DNA from: a virus
Taxonomy: Duplodnaviria > Heunggongvirae > Uroviricota > Caudoviricetes
Reading direction: 5' to 3' (one strand)
Length of the DNA: 26,097 nucleotides
IMG/VR virus record: IMGVR_UViG_3300044535_000502
Position numbers and translations under genes: made by a program. Of this stretch, positions 15,413 through 24,341 are shown in pieces. A model generated the notes under the pieces. It was not told the origin of the DNA, did not search any database, and saw only the letters and a list, made by a program, of their open reading frames with translations. The first letter of the stretch is position 1, and every line of letters starts with the position of its first letter.

Positions 15413-16738
15413 ATGTTTCTTTCCGAACAACTACAACAAAAATGGGCTCCGGTCCTAGAACACGCTGATCTTCCAAAGATCACCGATCCATACAAGCGCG
15501 CCGTTACTGCGGTGGTTCTTGAGAACCAAATCCAAGCGATGCAAAAAGACGCTGGTATGCTAAACGAAACAGCTCCAACTAACTCTGCCGGTACAGGTGG
15601 TTTTGGTGGTGGTGCAACTACTACTGGTCCAGTAGCAGGTTTCGATCCAATCTTGATCAGCTTGGTTCGCCGTTCGCTACCTAACTTGATCGCTTACGAT
15701 ATCTGCGGTGTTCAGCCAATGACTGGACCTACCGGCATGATTTTCGCAATGCGTTCTATGTATGGTACTGATCGTGTTCCATCGACTGGCACTGAGGCTT
15801 TCTACAACGAAGCTAACACTAGCTTCTCCGGTGAAGGCGCACACCAAACATTGTCTATGAAGTCCACAACTTCTGACGGTCCATTCCAGATTTTCAACGC
15901 TAACACAGCAACTGCAATGCCTACAGCTACTGCTGAAGGTCTGACACCAGTTGAAATGGGCTTCTCTATCGAGAAAGTTACCGTTACTGCTAAGACTCGC
16001 GCATTGAAGGCTGAGTACTCAATGGAATTGGCACAAGACTTGAAAGCAGTTCATGGTCTTGACGCTGAAACTGAATTGAGCAACATTCTTTCTAGCGAAA
16101 TTCTTGCTGAAATCAACCGTGAAGTTCTGCGTACTGTTTACACAGTTGCTAAGCCAGGCGCATTGGTTGGTACAACAACAGCTGGTACTTTTGACTTGGA
16201 TACTGACTCTAACGGTCGTTGGATGGTTGAAAAAGTAAAAGGTTTGGCATTCCAAATCGAACGCGAAGCTAACCAAATCGCTAAGTTGACACGCCGTGGT
16301 AAGGGTAACACCCTAATCTGCTCTTCTGATGTGGCTTCCGCATTCGCAATGGCAGGTCTATTGGATTATCAATCCGCTTTGGCTAGCCAAGTTAGCTTGC
16401 AAGTTGACGACACAGGCAACACATTTGCTGGTACATTGTTCGGTCGTATCAAGGTCTATATCGATCCATACTTCCCAACAGCATCCACATCTGAGTTCGC
16501 AGTTGTTGGTTACAAGGGTTCTAACGCATATGACGCAGGTATGTTCTACTGCCCATACGTTCCTTTGCAAATGGTTCGCGCAGTTGACACTAACACCTTC
16601 CAGCCAAAAATTGGCTTCAAGACTCGTTACGGTCTAGTTGCTAACCCATTCGCTGAAGGTACAGCGCAAGGCGCAGGTGCATTGAACGCTGGTAAGAACA
16701 ACTACTATCGCGCATTTAAGATCACGAATATAATGTAA
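15413..16738 (+). CDS. gp23: Major capsid protein gp23 (441 aa)
   Basis: 'FDPILISLVRRSLPNLIAYDICGVQPMTGPTG', 'KTRALKAEYSMELAQDLKAVHGLDAE' and 'YCPYVPLQMVRAV..TFQPKIGFKTRYG'. Confidence 0.97.
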   Translation: MFLSEQLQQKWAPVLEHADLPKITDPYKRAVTAVVLENQIQAMQKDAGMLNETAPTNSAGTGGFGGGATTTGPVAGFDPILISLVRRSLPNLIAYDICGVQPMTGPTGMIFAMRSMYGTDRVPSTGTEAFYNEANTSFSGEGAHQTLSMKSTTSDGPFQIFNANTATAMPTATAEGLTPVEMGFSIEKVTVTAKTRALKAEYSMELAQDLKAVHGLDAETELSNILSSEILAEINREVLRTVYTVAKPGALVGTTTAGTFDLDTDSNGRWMVEKVKGLAFQIEREANQIAKLTRRGKGNTLICSSDVASAFAMAGLLDYQSALASQVSLQVDDTGNTFAGTLFGRIKVYIDPYFPTASTSEFAVVGYKGSNAYDAGMFYCPYVPLQMVRAVDTNTFQPKIGFKTRYGLVANPFAEGTAQGAGALNAGKNNYYRAFKITNIM

Positions 16739-16781
16739 GCATTATGTAAGAAAACAAGTCTACGTTAAGATAGACACCTCC

Positions 16782-16807
16782 AGAGGGAACTTCGGTTCCC
16801 TCTTTTT
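16782..16807 (+). terminator. Rho-independent terminator after gp23 with a cUUCGg tetraloop
   Basis: AGAGGGAAC-TTCG-GTTCCCTCT followed by a T run. Confidence 0.92.
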
Positions 16808-16812
16808 ATTTG

Positions 16813-16820
16813 TATAAATA
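16813..16820 (+). promoter_or_regulatory. T4-type late promoter TATAAATA (gp3)
   Basis: Exact consensus between the gp23 terminator and the gp3 ATG (5 nt upstream, with no clear RBS, so the mRNA may be nearly leaderless). Confidence 0.8.
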
Positions 16821-16825
16821 GTATC

Positions 16826-17362
16826 ATGACAAGTATAGCACTATCAAACACACCGGACAATCAGAATTTTCTACATCCGAACAAGTTTCACTTGACGTTC
16901 AGTAGGGTTCCTAACGTACAGTTCTTTTGTCAATCGGTATCAGTTCCTGGCATTTCATTGGGTGAGATTCCAATTGCAACACCATTTGTGGAGATGTATT
17001 CACCTGGTGAAAAAGCAATATACGATATCATGAACGTGACTTTTGCTATAGATGAAAAGATGTCCTCTTGGCTAGAGATTCATAATTGGATCAGAGGCAT
17101 GACTTTCCCAGAAAACTTTGAGGATTATAAAAATTTATCCAAGCAAAGTAAGTACGCAAACAAAATACAGCCACAGTTTTCGGATGCAACATTGACTGTG
17201 TATTCATCATCGTTTACACCTCTTGTCAGATTCAATTTCTTTGATGCATTCCCAACGTCACTATCATCCTTTGTGCTGTCCACACAAGACACACCAGACA
17301 ATGTATTGACTGCTGATGCTTCAATCAGATTTACCTATTATAACATTGAAAAACTGACCTAA
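16826..17362 (+). CDS. gp3: Tail tube terminator / tail completion protein gp3 (178 aa)
   Basis: 'NQNFLHPNKF', 'VQFFCQSVSVPGISLGE', 'FAIDEKMSSWLEIHNWI' and 'FFDAFPTSLS'; a gp19-like fold protein after gp23, as in cyanophage-type T4-like genomes. Confidence 0.85.
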   Translation: MTSIALSNTPDNQNFLHPNKFHLTFSRVPNVQFFCQSVSVPGISLGEIPIATPFVEMYSPGEKAIYDIMNVTFAIDEKMSSWLEIHNWIRGMTFPENFEDYKNLSKQSKYANKIQPQFSDATLTVYSSSFTPLVRFNFFDAFPTSLSSFVLSTQDTPDNVLTADASIRFTYYNIEKLT

Positions 17363-17374
17363 TTAGTGTAAACT
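17346..17374 (+). promoter_or_regulatory. Putative sigma70-type (early/middle) promoter for uvsY-uvsW
   Basis: TTGAAA (17346-17351), 17-nt spacer, TAAACT (17369-17374), upstream of the AGGAG RBS of uvsY. Confidence 0.5.
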
Positions 17375-17391
17375 CCACTTAGGAGATTATT

Positions 17392-17826
17392 ATGAGCAAA
17401 CTTGATGAAATTATGAATGAGTGGATAAAAGATGCTAACGTTGACAGGACTGAGCCTGGCAAAGCAATGTTAGACATACCTAAGCTCCACGCAAAATACC
17501 TAAACATCTTATCACACCACAAGTACCAACTTCAGGACTTGGAGTTCAAGTACAACCGCATGAAGAAAATCAAGTGGGAATACTATACTGGTAAGATGAG
17601 TAATGAAGACTTGAAGAAACATGGATGGGAACCATTTCCATTCGTATTAAAATCTGATATTGCAACTTACATGGATGCAGACGAAGATATGAACAAGTAT
17701 CTTGCTGCTAGACGTATGAATGAACAGATCATTAGTTACTGTGAGTCTGTTTTAAAAGAACTACATAGTAGAACGTTCCAGCTAAAATCTTTAATTGACT
17801 GGGAGCGATTCATACAGGGTGTATAA
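17392..17826 (+). CDS. uvsY: Recombination mediator UvsY (144 aa)
   Basis: 'IPKLHAKYL', 'KWEYYTGK', 'LKSDIATYMDADED' and 'RTFQLKSLIDWERFIQG'; immediately upstream of uvsW. Confidence 0.88.
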   Translation: MSKLDEIMNEWIKDANVDRTEPGKAMLDIPKLHAKYLNILSHHKYQLQDLEFKYNRMKKIKWEYYTGKMSNEDLKKHGWEPFPFVLKSDIATYMDADEDMNKYLAARRMNEQIISYCESVLKELHSRTFQLKSLIDWERFIQGV

Positions 17827-19295
17827 TGAGTGATCTAATTATTAGTAAAGTGAATGGTGCGTATGTGCATATAAAGTGTGAGCGAAGCCTAGCGCAAGAG
17901 CTATCAGATCACTTTACTTTTTTGGTTCCAGGATATCAGTTTGTTCCAGCATTCAAGAACAAACTCTGGGACGGCAAGATCAGACTCATGGATGTCCGTA
18001 GTAACAAGATTTACTATGGATTGATTCCATACATTCAAAAATTCTGTGATGATAGAGAGTACACCGTCGTGTACGATAAGTCTATAGATGGATTAGAGAA
18101 CTTCTCAATCAAAGAGGCAAAAGACTTCATCGAAACTCTAGGCATCCCAAAGCACCTAGAACAGCGTGATTATCAGATTGATGCGTTTGTTCATGCAATA
18201 CGTAATAAGAGAGCACTTTTACTATCTCCAACATCAAGTGGTAAGTCTTTCATTCTGTATCTGATTATACGCCACATTCAGCAAAATTGCAAGAAGGGTC
18301 TGCTAATTGTTCCTAGAACTTCTCTTGCTGAACAGATGTTTTCTGATTTCAAATCCTATGGTTATGACTCAGATCAATACTGCCACAGACAGTACGCAGG
18401 CAAAGACAAAAGCACAGATAAGTTTTTGACTATCACCACATGGCAATCAATATACAATTTACCTAAAGAGTACTTTGAACAGTTTGATTTTGTTCTAGGT
18501 GATGAAGCGCACGACTTCAAAGCAAAGTCACTGACAACAATCATGTCAAATCTGGAGAACACAGAGTATCGCATCGGTTGTACTGGCACTTTGGATGGCA
18601 CACAGACACACAAGTTAGTCTTAGAAGGACTATTTGGTCCTGTGCTGAAAGTCATTACAACAAAAGAATTGATGGACAATGACCAAGTATCATCATTGAA
18701 AATCAAATGCCTGACCCTGAAATACTCAGATGCCGTATGCAAACTGAGTCGTGATTGGGACTACCAAGCTGAGATAGATTACTTGGTAAAGAATCCACAG
18801 CGAAATGCATTCATCAAAAATCTAGCGTTGTCTCTGAAAGGCAACTCACTGATTTTGTTTCAGCTAGTTGAAAAGCATGGCAAAGAATTGATGCGACTGA
18901 TTGACGCTGAGAAAAAAGATCGTAAGGTATTCTTTGTGCATGGTAGTACAGATGTTGAAACTCGTGAACAGATTCGTCATATCACAGAGAAAGAAAATGA
19001 TGCTATCATCATCGCCTCATATGGCACTTTTTCTACAGGCATAAATATAAAGAATCTACACAATGCGATCTTTGCATCACCATCAAAGTCTCGGATTCGT
19101 AATCTACAATCTCTAGGTCGCGTCTTGCGTAAAGGTGATAACAAAGACTCTGCGACATTATATGATATTGCTGATGATTTTAGAATAGGTAAACATACCA
19201 ATTTTACATTGAAACATTTCGTGGAACGTGTTAAAATATATGAAGAGGAGAAATTCTCTTACAAATTTTACAAGATAGATATAAAAAATGGATAA
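17826..19295 (+). CDS. uvsW: SF2 DNA helicase UvsW (489 aa)
   Basis: 'WDGKIRL', Q-motif RDYQ, Walker A SPTSSGKS, DEAH box, 'GCTGTL' and 'QSLGRVLR'. Confidence 0.95.
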   Translation: MSDLIISKVNGAYVHIKCERSLAQELSDHFTFLVPGYQFVPAFKNKLWDGKIRLMDVRSNKIYYGLIPYIQKFCDDREYTVVYDKSIDGLENFSIKEAKDFIETLGIPKHLEQRDYQIDAFVHAIRNKRALLLSPTSSGKSFILYLIIRHIQQNCKKGLLIVPRTSLAEQMFSDFKSYGYDSDQYCHRQYAGKDKSTDKFLTITTWQSIYNLPKEYFEQFDFVLGDEAHDFKAKSLTTIMSNLENTEYRIGCTGTLDGTQTHKLVLEGLFGPVLKVITTKELMDNDQVSSLKIKCLTLKYSDAVCKLSRDWDYQAEIDYLVKNPQRNAFIKNLALSLKGNSLILFQLVEKHGKELMRLIDAEKKDRKVFFVHGSTDVETREQIRHITEKENDAIIIASYGTFSTGINIKNLHNAIFASPSKSRIRNLQSLGRVLRKGDNKDSATLYDIADDFRIGKHTNFTLKHFVERVKIYEEEKFSYKFYKIDIKNG

Positions 19296-19701
19296 TGTTA
19301 AAATTATTAGGCTCAAAGACGGTGAAGATATCATCGCATCATACCATCTGAATAGCAATGGCATAATAGAGATGTATGATCCAATGACACTCTTCTATAA
19401 GAGAATGTCTGCTGGTAAATCAATGTTGTTAATGTCTCCATGGTTACCTATCGAACTCATTCAAACAAACTCTGCATGTATTTCTATGAGTGAGGTACTT
19501 ACTATTGTTGAGCCTAGATCAGCATTGATTGAATACTATAACAATGCAGTCGTTGAAGCTAATGAAGTCGTTGCGAACTTCAATGATCAGATTGACAATT
19601 CATTACTTGATGAATTTGATTCTGGTGAAGAACTTGATCTAGAAGATGATACAGATGAACTACCTCAAGAACCAAGTACTAATAAACAAACAATACATTA
19701 A
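19288..19701 (+). CDS. Hypothetical protein (137 aa), Sm-like N-terminus and acidic tail
   Basis: 'VKIIRLKDGEDIIA' beta-rich start and 'PWLP'; typical position between uvsW and gp55 in T4-like phages. Confidence 0.7.
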   Translation: MDNVKIIRLKDGEDIIASYHLNSNGIIEMYDPMTLFYKRMSAGKSMLLMSPWLPIELIQTNSACISMSEVLTIVEPRSALIEYYNNAVVEANEVVANFNDQIDNSLLDEFDSGEELDLEDDTDELPQEPSTNKQTIH

Positions 19702-19722
19702 TTCTAAACACCCAACACCCCC

Positions 19723-19752
19723 ATTATATGACAAGTCTCCATGGCATGTCAA
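19723..19752 (-). promoter_or_regulatory. Consensus sigma70 promoter on the minus strand (TTGACA-N18-TATAAT)
   Basis: The + strand reads ATTATA (19723-19728) ... TGTCAA (19747-19752); both hexamers are perfect and the spacer is 18 nt. Confidence 0.6.
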
Positions 19753-19773
19753 GTGATGTTTTAGGTAAACATA

Positions 19774-20337
19774 ATGACAAAAGTGAAACACTACGTAAAC
19801 AATGCGGACTTTCTAGCCGCACTGATCAGTTACAGAGCCGCATGTGATGCAGCCAAAGAAGCAGGTAAAGAAGACCCGATTATTCCAAACTATATCGGTG
19901 AGTGCTTTTTAAAGATTGCGAATCATCTATCCAGGAAGCCAAACTTCATATCATACTCTTTCCGAGAGGAAATGATTTGTGATGGTATCGAAAACTGCAT
20001 CATGTATTTCAGAAACTTTGACCCAACAAAGTCTTCCAATCCATTCGCATACTTCACACAGGTAATTTACTTCGCGTTCCTACGCAGAATCCAAAAAGAA
20101 AAGAAGCAATTGTATGTGAAGTACAAAGCGACTCAACAGTTTGGTATCCTAGACTCTGGTGAGATGTATGAAGACTCGGAAGGTAACATGAAACAGTTCG
20201 TGTTGTATGATAACATTTCGGAATTCATTGAGACTTTTGAGGAAAAGAAGAAGGAAAAGAAGAAAACCAAAGCAAAAGGTCTTGAAAAGTTCATGGAACC
20301 TGATATACTAGAAGACCCATTGCCTGACGAATTATAA
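19774..20337 (+). CDS. gp55: Late-transcription sigma factor gp55 (187 aa)
   Basis: 'HYVNNADFL', 'IPNYIGECFLKIA', 'DGIENC' and 'NFDPTKSSNPFAYFTQVIYFAFLRRIQKEKKQ'. Confidence 0.93.
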   Translation: MTKVKHYVNNADFLAALISYRAACDAAKEAGKEDPIIPNYIGECFLKIANHLSRKPNFISYSFREEMICDGIENCIMYFRNFDPTKSSNPFAYFTQVIYFAFLRRIQKEKKQLYVKYKATQQFGILDSGEMYEDSEGNMKQFVLYDNISEFIETFEEKKKEKKKTKAKGLEKFMEPDILEDPLPDEL

Positions 20338-20340
20338 TTC

Positions 20341-20802
20341 ATGGAGTTCAATATGCTATCTTTACCTGACGACATGACTGGAAAGCCAGTCGGATTCACC
20401 TGTTCCACCTTTGATCTACTACATTCCGGTCACATCCTTATGCTGGCCGAAGCTAAGTCTGTGTGTGATTACCTCATCGTAGGTTTGCAACTGGATCCAT
20501 CCATCGACCGCCCAGATACCAAGAATTCACCTGTGCAATCTGTCGTTGAGAGATTTGTTCAACTGAGTGCAGTCAAATACGTTGATGAAATCATCGTGTA
20601 CCAAACAGAGAAAGATTTGGAAGACTTGTTGATGTTCTTGCCGATCAGCATCCGCATCATTGGTGAAGAGTATGCTGACAAGAATTTCACAGGCAAGAGC
20701 ATCTGTGAACAGCGCAATATCAAAATTTACTACAATCAACGCAGGCACAGTTTTTCAACGACTGAGTTGCGCAATCGTGTTGCGAGTAAAGTTCGCCCAT
20801 GA
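20341..20802 (+). CDS. Cytidylyltransferase-like protein (TagD / glycerol-3-phosphate cytidylyltransferase family, 153 aa; start may be 20353)
   Basis: 'GFTCSTFDLLHSGH' HxGH motif, 'YLIVGL', 'VKYVDEI' and terminal 'SFSTTELR'. Confidence 0.82.
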   Translation: MEFNMLSLPDDMTGKPVGFTCSTFDLLHSGHILMLAEAKSVCDYLIVGLQLDPSIDRPDTKNSPVQSVVERFVQLSAVKYVDEIIVYQTEKDLEDLLMFLPISIRIIGEEYADKNFTGKSICEQRNIKIYYNQRRHSFSTTELRNRVASKVRP

Positions 20803-21866
20803 AAATTGCACTGATAAATGATACTCATGCAGGAGCCAGAGGCGACAGTCTCCTGTTCAACGAATTCTTCTTCAAGTTCTGGGAGAACACATTCTTTCCA
20901 TACCTGAAGCAACATGGCATTACACACATCATTCATCTAGGTGATGTTGTTGATCGCCGCAAGTTCATCAACTATGTTATCCTGAATCAGTGGCGCAAAA
21001 GATTCTTTGACGTTCTGGAGCGTGACGGCATCACCATGGACGTGATCGTGGGCAACCATGATGTGACATACAAGAACACAAATGAAATCAATGCGATGCA
21101 TGAGTTGTTTGATCGCTATACAAACATCAACGTATTCACAACAGCTAAAGACATGACCTATGATGGTCTAAACGTCTTGTTGGTGCCATGGATTAACTCT
21201 AGCAACTATGATCATTCAATGGAGTCTCTGCGAGATACTAAAGCTGAAATCGTCATGGGTCATTTTGAAATTGCTGGCTTTGAAATGGATAAAGGAAACA
21301 TTGCACATGAAGGCTTGGATCGCAAGACTTTTAATCGTTTTGATATGGTACTATCTGGTCATTTCCATCATAAATCTACAGATGGAACCATTACCTACCT
21401 TGGAAATCAATACGAGATCACCTGGATTGATTACGGTGATCAACGAGGATTCCACATCTTTGATACCAACACAAGAGACTTGACATTTGTTGCGAATCCA
21501 TATAAAATGTTTCACAAGATCATATACGATGACACTCAGCAAGATTTTGCTTTTTGGAACGCATATGATTTTGATCAATACGCAAACACTTTCGTGAAGG
21601 TTATCGTTGCTAACAAACAGAATGCATACATGTTTGATACAGTGATTGACAACCTTCATAAAGGTGGTGTCGCAGACGTGGCTGTCGTTGAAGATTTCAC
21701 AGATACAATCATTGACGATGGCGACTTGGTTGATCAAGCTGAGGATACTATGACGATTCTATCAAAGTACATTGATGGATTAGCAACAAACGTTGACTCA
21801 ACAAAGCTAAAAGGTCTTATGCGTGAACTCTACGTTGAGTCACTAAACGTTGAAATTATTGAATGA
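20799..21866 (+). CDS. gp47: Recombination endonuclease subunit gp47 (Mre11/SbcD-like, 355 aa)
   Basis: Metallophosphoesterase motifs DTH, GDVVDR, GNHD, GHF and SGHFH. Confidence 0.95.
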   Translation: MKIALINDTHAGARGDSLLFNEFFFKFWENTFFPYLKQHGITHIIHLGDVVDRRKFINYVILNQWRKRFFDVLERDGITMDVIVGNHDVTYKNTNEINAMHELFDRYTNINVFTTAKDMTYDGLNVLLVPWINSSNYDHSMESLRDTKAEIVMGHFEIAGFEMDKGNIAHEGLDRKTFNRFDMVLSGHFHHKSTDGTITYLGNQYEITWIDYGDQRGFHIFDTNTRDLTFVANPYKMFHKIIYDDTQQDFAFWNAYDFDQYANTFVKVIVANKQNAYMFDTVIDNLHKGGVADVAVVEDFTDTIIDDGDLVDQAEDTMTILSKYIDGLATNVDSTKLKGLMRELYVESLNVEIIE

Positions 21867-23575
21867 TTTTCTTTAGAACAATTAGATTTAAAAACTTCCT
21901 GTCAACTGGCAATTACTGGACAGAAATCAAGTTAGACAATTCTCCAAACACACTGGTTGTCGGCACTAATGGTGCTGGCAAATCCACTATGCTGGACGCA
22001 TTGTGCTATGTGTTGTTTGGTAAAGCATTCCGCAACATCAATAAGCCACAGTTGGTGAACTCCATCAATATGAAAGACTGTGTTGTTGAGTGTGAATTCA
22101 CCATTGGCACAAAGCAATACAAGATTGTACGTGGAATAAAGCCAACAGTCTTTCAGATTTTCGTCAATGGCGAACTGATGAATCAGGATGCAGCATCAAG
22201 AGACTATCAGGAAACACTTGAGAAACAGATTCTGAAACTGAATTACAAGTCGTTCACGCAGATTGTCATTCTTGGATCAGCATCCTTTGTGCCGTTTATG
22301 CAGTTGTCTGCTGCTGATCGTAGAGCAATCATTGAAGACTTGCTGGACATCCAAATCTTCTCCACAATGAACACTGTGCTGAAAGACAAAATCAGCACAA
22401 ACAAAGATTCTATTTCTTCCAACAAGCACAACATTGAACTGACAACTTCAAAATATGACATGCAGAACAGTCATATTTCAAAGTTGAAACAGAACAATGA
22501 TGACATGATTAGTGAAAAGAATCGTGAAATTGGTGTAGTTCTTTTGCAGATGGAGACAGTACAATCTGTCATTGAAACTCTGAATGCTGAGGTTCAACAC
22601 TTGCAAGCTGGAATTGTTGACCGTGATGTTATTGAAGGTAAGATAAAAAAGCTGCACCAGTTTGAAACAAAGATTGAAACCAATCTGAGTAAGCATAAGA
22701 AAGACTTGAAGTTCTTCCATGATAGTGATAGTTGCCCAACTTGCAGACAAGAGATTCAGCAAGACTTCAAAGAGCAACAAATATCCACACTATCTGGTGC
22801 ATCAAAGCAAATGTCTGATGGTCTTGAGAAAATTGCGACTGAGATATCCGAGCAACAAAACAGACTGAATGAAATCATTCGTGTGTCTAACGAGGTTCGT
22901 GTTCGCCAAGTAAGCCTCGCATCAAACAATGCGACAATCATTGAGACAAACAAATACATCAATCGACTTCAAAAAGAGATTGCATCACTCTCCTCAACAA
23001 AGGATGATTTGGATGCAGAGAACTTGAAACTGAATGACTTGCGTAATAAGCTGTCTGCATTGACTGATGAAAAGCAAGCATTGATTGAAGAAAAAACATA
23101 TCTTGATGCCGCATCCGTTCTGTTGAAAGACACTGGTATCAAGACTAAGATCATCAAACAATATCTACCAATCATCAACAAATTGGTGAATAAGTATCTG
23201 GCTTCACTAGACTTCTTTGTCAACTTCAATTTGGATGAGTCATTCAAAGAAACAATCAAGTCTAGGCACCGTGATGAATTTAGTTACGCATCCTTCAGTG
23301 AAGGTGAGAAACAACGAATTGACATGGCACTTATGTTGACATGGAGAGCGGTTGCTAAGTTGAAGAACTCAACAAACACCAACTTACTGATTCTGGATGA
23401 AGTGTTTGATTCATCACTAGATACAAACGGAACAGATTATCTGATGACGATTCTACAGATGCTAGAGGATGTCAATCTGTTTGTTATCAGCCACAAGGGT
23501 GATATTTTACAAGATAAGTTTAGAAATCTTATAAGGTTTGAGAAGGTCAATAATTTTTCGAGGATTGCGAGGTGA
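21863..23575 (+). CDS. gp46: Recombination endonuclease subunit gp46 (Rad50/SbcC-like ATPase, 570 aa)
   Basis: Walker A GTNGAGKST, zinc hook CPTC, signature FSEGEK, Walker B LILDEVFD and ISHK. Confidence 0.95.
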   Translation: MIFFRTIRFKNFLSTGNYWTEIKLDNSPNTLVVGTNGAGKSTMLDALCYVLFGKAFRNINKPQLVNSINMKDCVVECEFTIGTKQYKIVRGIKPTVFQIFVNGELMNQDAASRDYQETLEKQILKLNYKSFTQIVILGSASFVPFMQLSAADRRAIIEDLLDIQIFSTMNTVLKDKISTNKDSISSNKHNIELTTSKYDMQNSHISKLKQNNDDMISEKNREIGVVLLQMETVQSVIETLNAEVQHLQAGIVDRDVIEGKIKKLHQFETKIETNLSKHKKDLKFFHDSDSCPTCRQEIQQDFKEQQISTLSGASKQMSDGLEKIATEISEQQNRLNEIIRVSNEVRVRQVSLASNNATIIETNKYINRLQKEIASLSSTKDDLDAENLKLNDLRNKLSALTDEKQALIEEKTYLDAASVLLKDTGIKTKIIKQYLPIINKLVNKYLASLDFFVNFNLDESFKETIKSRHRDEFSYASFSEGEKQRIDMALMLTWRAVAKLKNSTNTNLLILDEVFDSSLDTNGTDYLMTILQMLEDVNLFVISHKGDILQDKFRNLIRFEKVNNFSRIAR

Positions 23576-23772
23576 GTATGGAAGGAGATTACACCGTGCT
23601 GAAATCTCTTAGTGAGTATAGCAATGGAGCAAAGTCTGCTCAGATTTTTTTAGTCAATGGAAAACATAAGTATATGGTACTTTATTATGATGCAGATACT
23701 GACTATAATCATGCTGAGTATTTTATGAAATATGAAAAAGCCGAAGGATGCGCTGAAGGATGGACACGATGA
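23572..23772 (+). CDS. Small hypothetical protein (64-66 aa; alternative ATG at 23578)
   Basis: Fills the gap between gp46 and def, with overlapping start/stop codons at both ends. Confidence 0.65.
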   Translation: MSMEGDYTVLKSLSEYSNGAKSAQIFLVNGKHKYMVLYYDADTDYNHAEYFMKYEKAEGCAEGWTR

Positions 23773-24341
23773 ATGACAATGACGTTATAACAATTAATAC
23801 CAATTCACCAACAAAAGTTGTTGAAGAGGTTGTTTCAATTTTGCCCATACTAGCTGAGGGACATCCTAAGCTATCACAGGTCATGCCTGATTTTGATATC
23901 ACTCAAATCATGCAACCAGGCATACAAAAATTTATTCGCCAACTGCAAAAGACACAAGCCGCATATAGTGGTCTTGGTTTGTCTGCGAATCAAGTCGGCA
24001 TCGGCTTTAGGGTGTTCGTGATTGGTGATGGTATCGTGTGTTTCAATCCAAAGATTGTTGCCACGCAAGGTGAAGAGATTCGTAAACCTGAAGGTTGCCT
24101 ATCATTTCCTGGCTTGAATTTAAACGTTCCTAGATATGGTAGTATTGATGTTGAGTACTATGATGAAAAAGCAAACTTAGTTACTACACATTTTGAAGGT
24201 CTGACAGCACAAGTTTACCAGCATGAGCTTGACCATATGAACGGTGTAGTGTATACTCAGCATGTTAAACCTGTAGCACTACAAATGGCAAGAAAGCGCC
24301 AAGCTAAGGTAATCAAGAAACACGTTCGGAGAAACAAATGA
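23769..24341 (+). CDS. def: Peptide deformylase (190 aa)
   Basis: All three PDF motifs are present: GLGLSANQVG, EGCLS and QHELDH. Start 23769 is preferred over 23760 (ATGA overlap; AAGGA at 23756-23760). Confidence 0.93.
   Translation: MNDNDVITINTNSPTKVVEEVVSILPILAEGHPKLSQVMPDFDITQIMQPGIQKFIRQLQKTQAAYSGLGLSANQVGIGFRVFVIGDGIVCFNPKIVATQGEEIRKPEGCLSFPGLNLNVPRYGSIDVEYYDEKANLVTTHFEGLTAQVYQHELDHMNGVVYTQHVKPVALQMARKRQAKVIKKHVRRNK

Noticed and set aside
16758-16775. Small hairpin GTCTA-N8-TAGAC before the gp23 terminator
   Set aside because: Only a 5-bp stem, which is too weak to support an RNA element; no tRNA or known ncRNA fold.
16739-16825. Absence of gp24 between gp23 and gp3
   Set aside because: gp23-gp3-uvsY-uvsW is the usual order in cyanophage-type T4-like genomes, and gp24 may lie elsewhere.
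3100-20500. Common palindromic restriction sites (GAATTC, GGATCC, GATC) are present, as might be expected for protected DNA
   Set aside because: This is uninformative without observed/expected counts, which could not be computed here.
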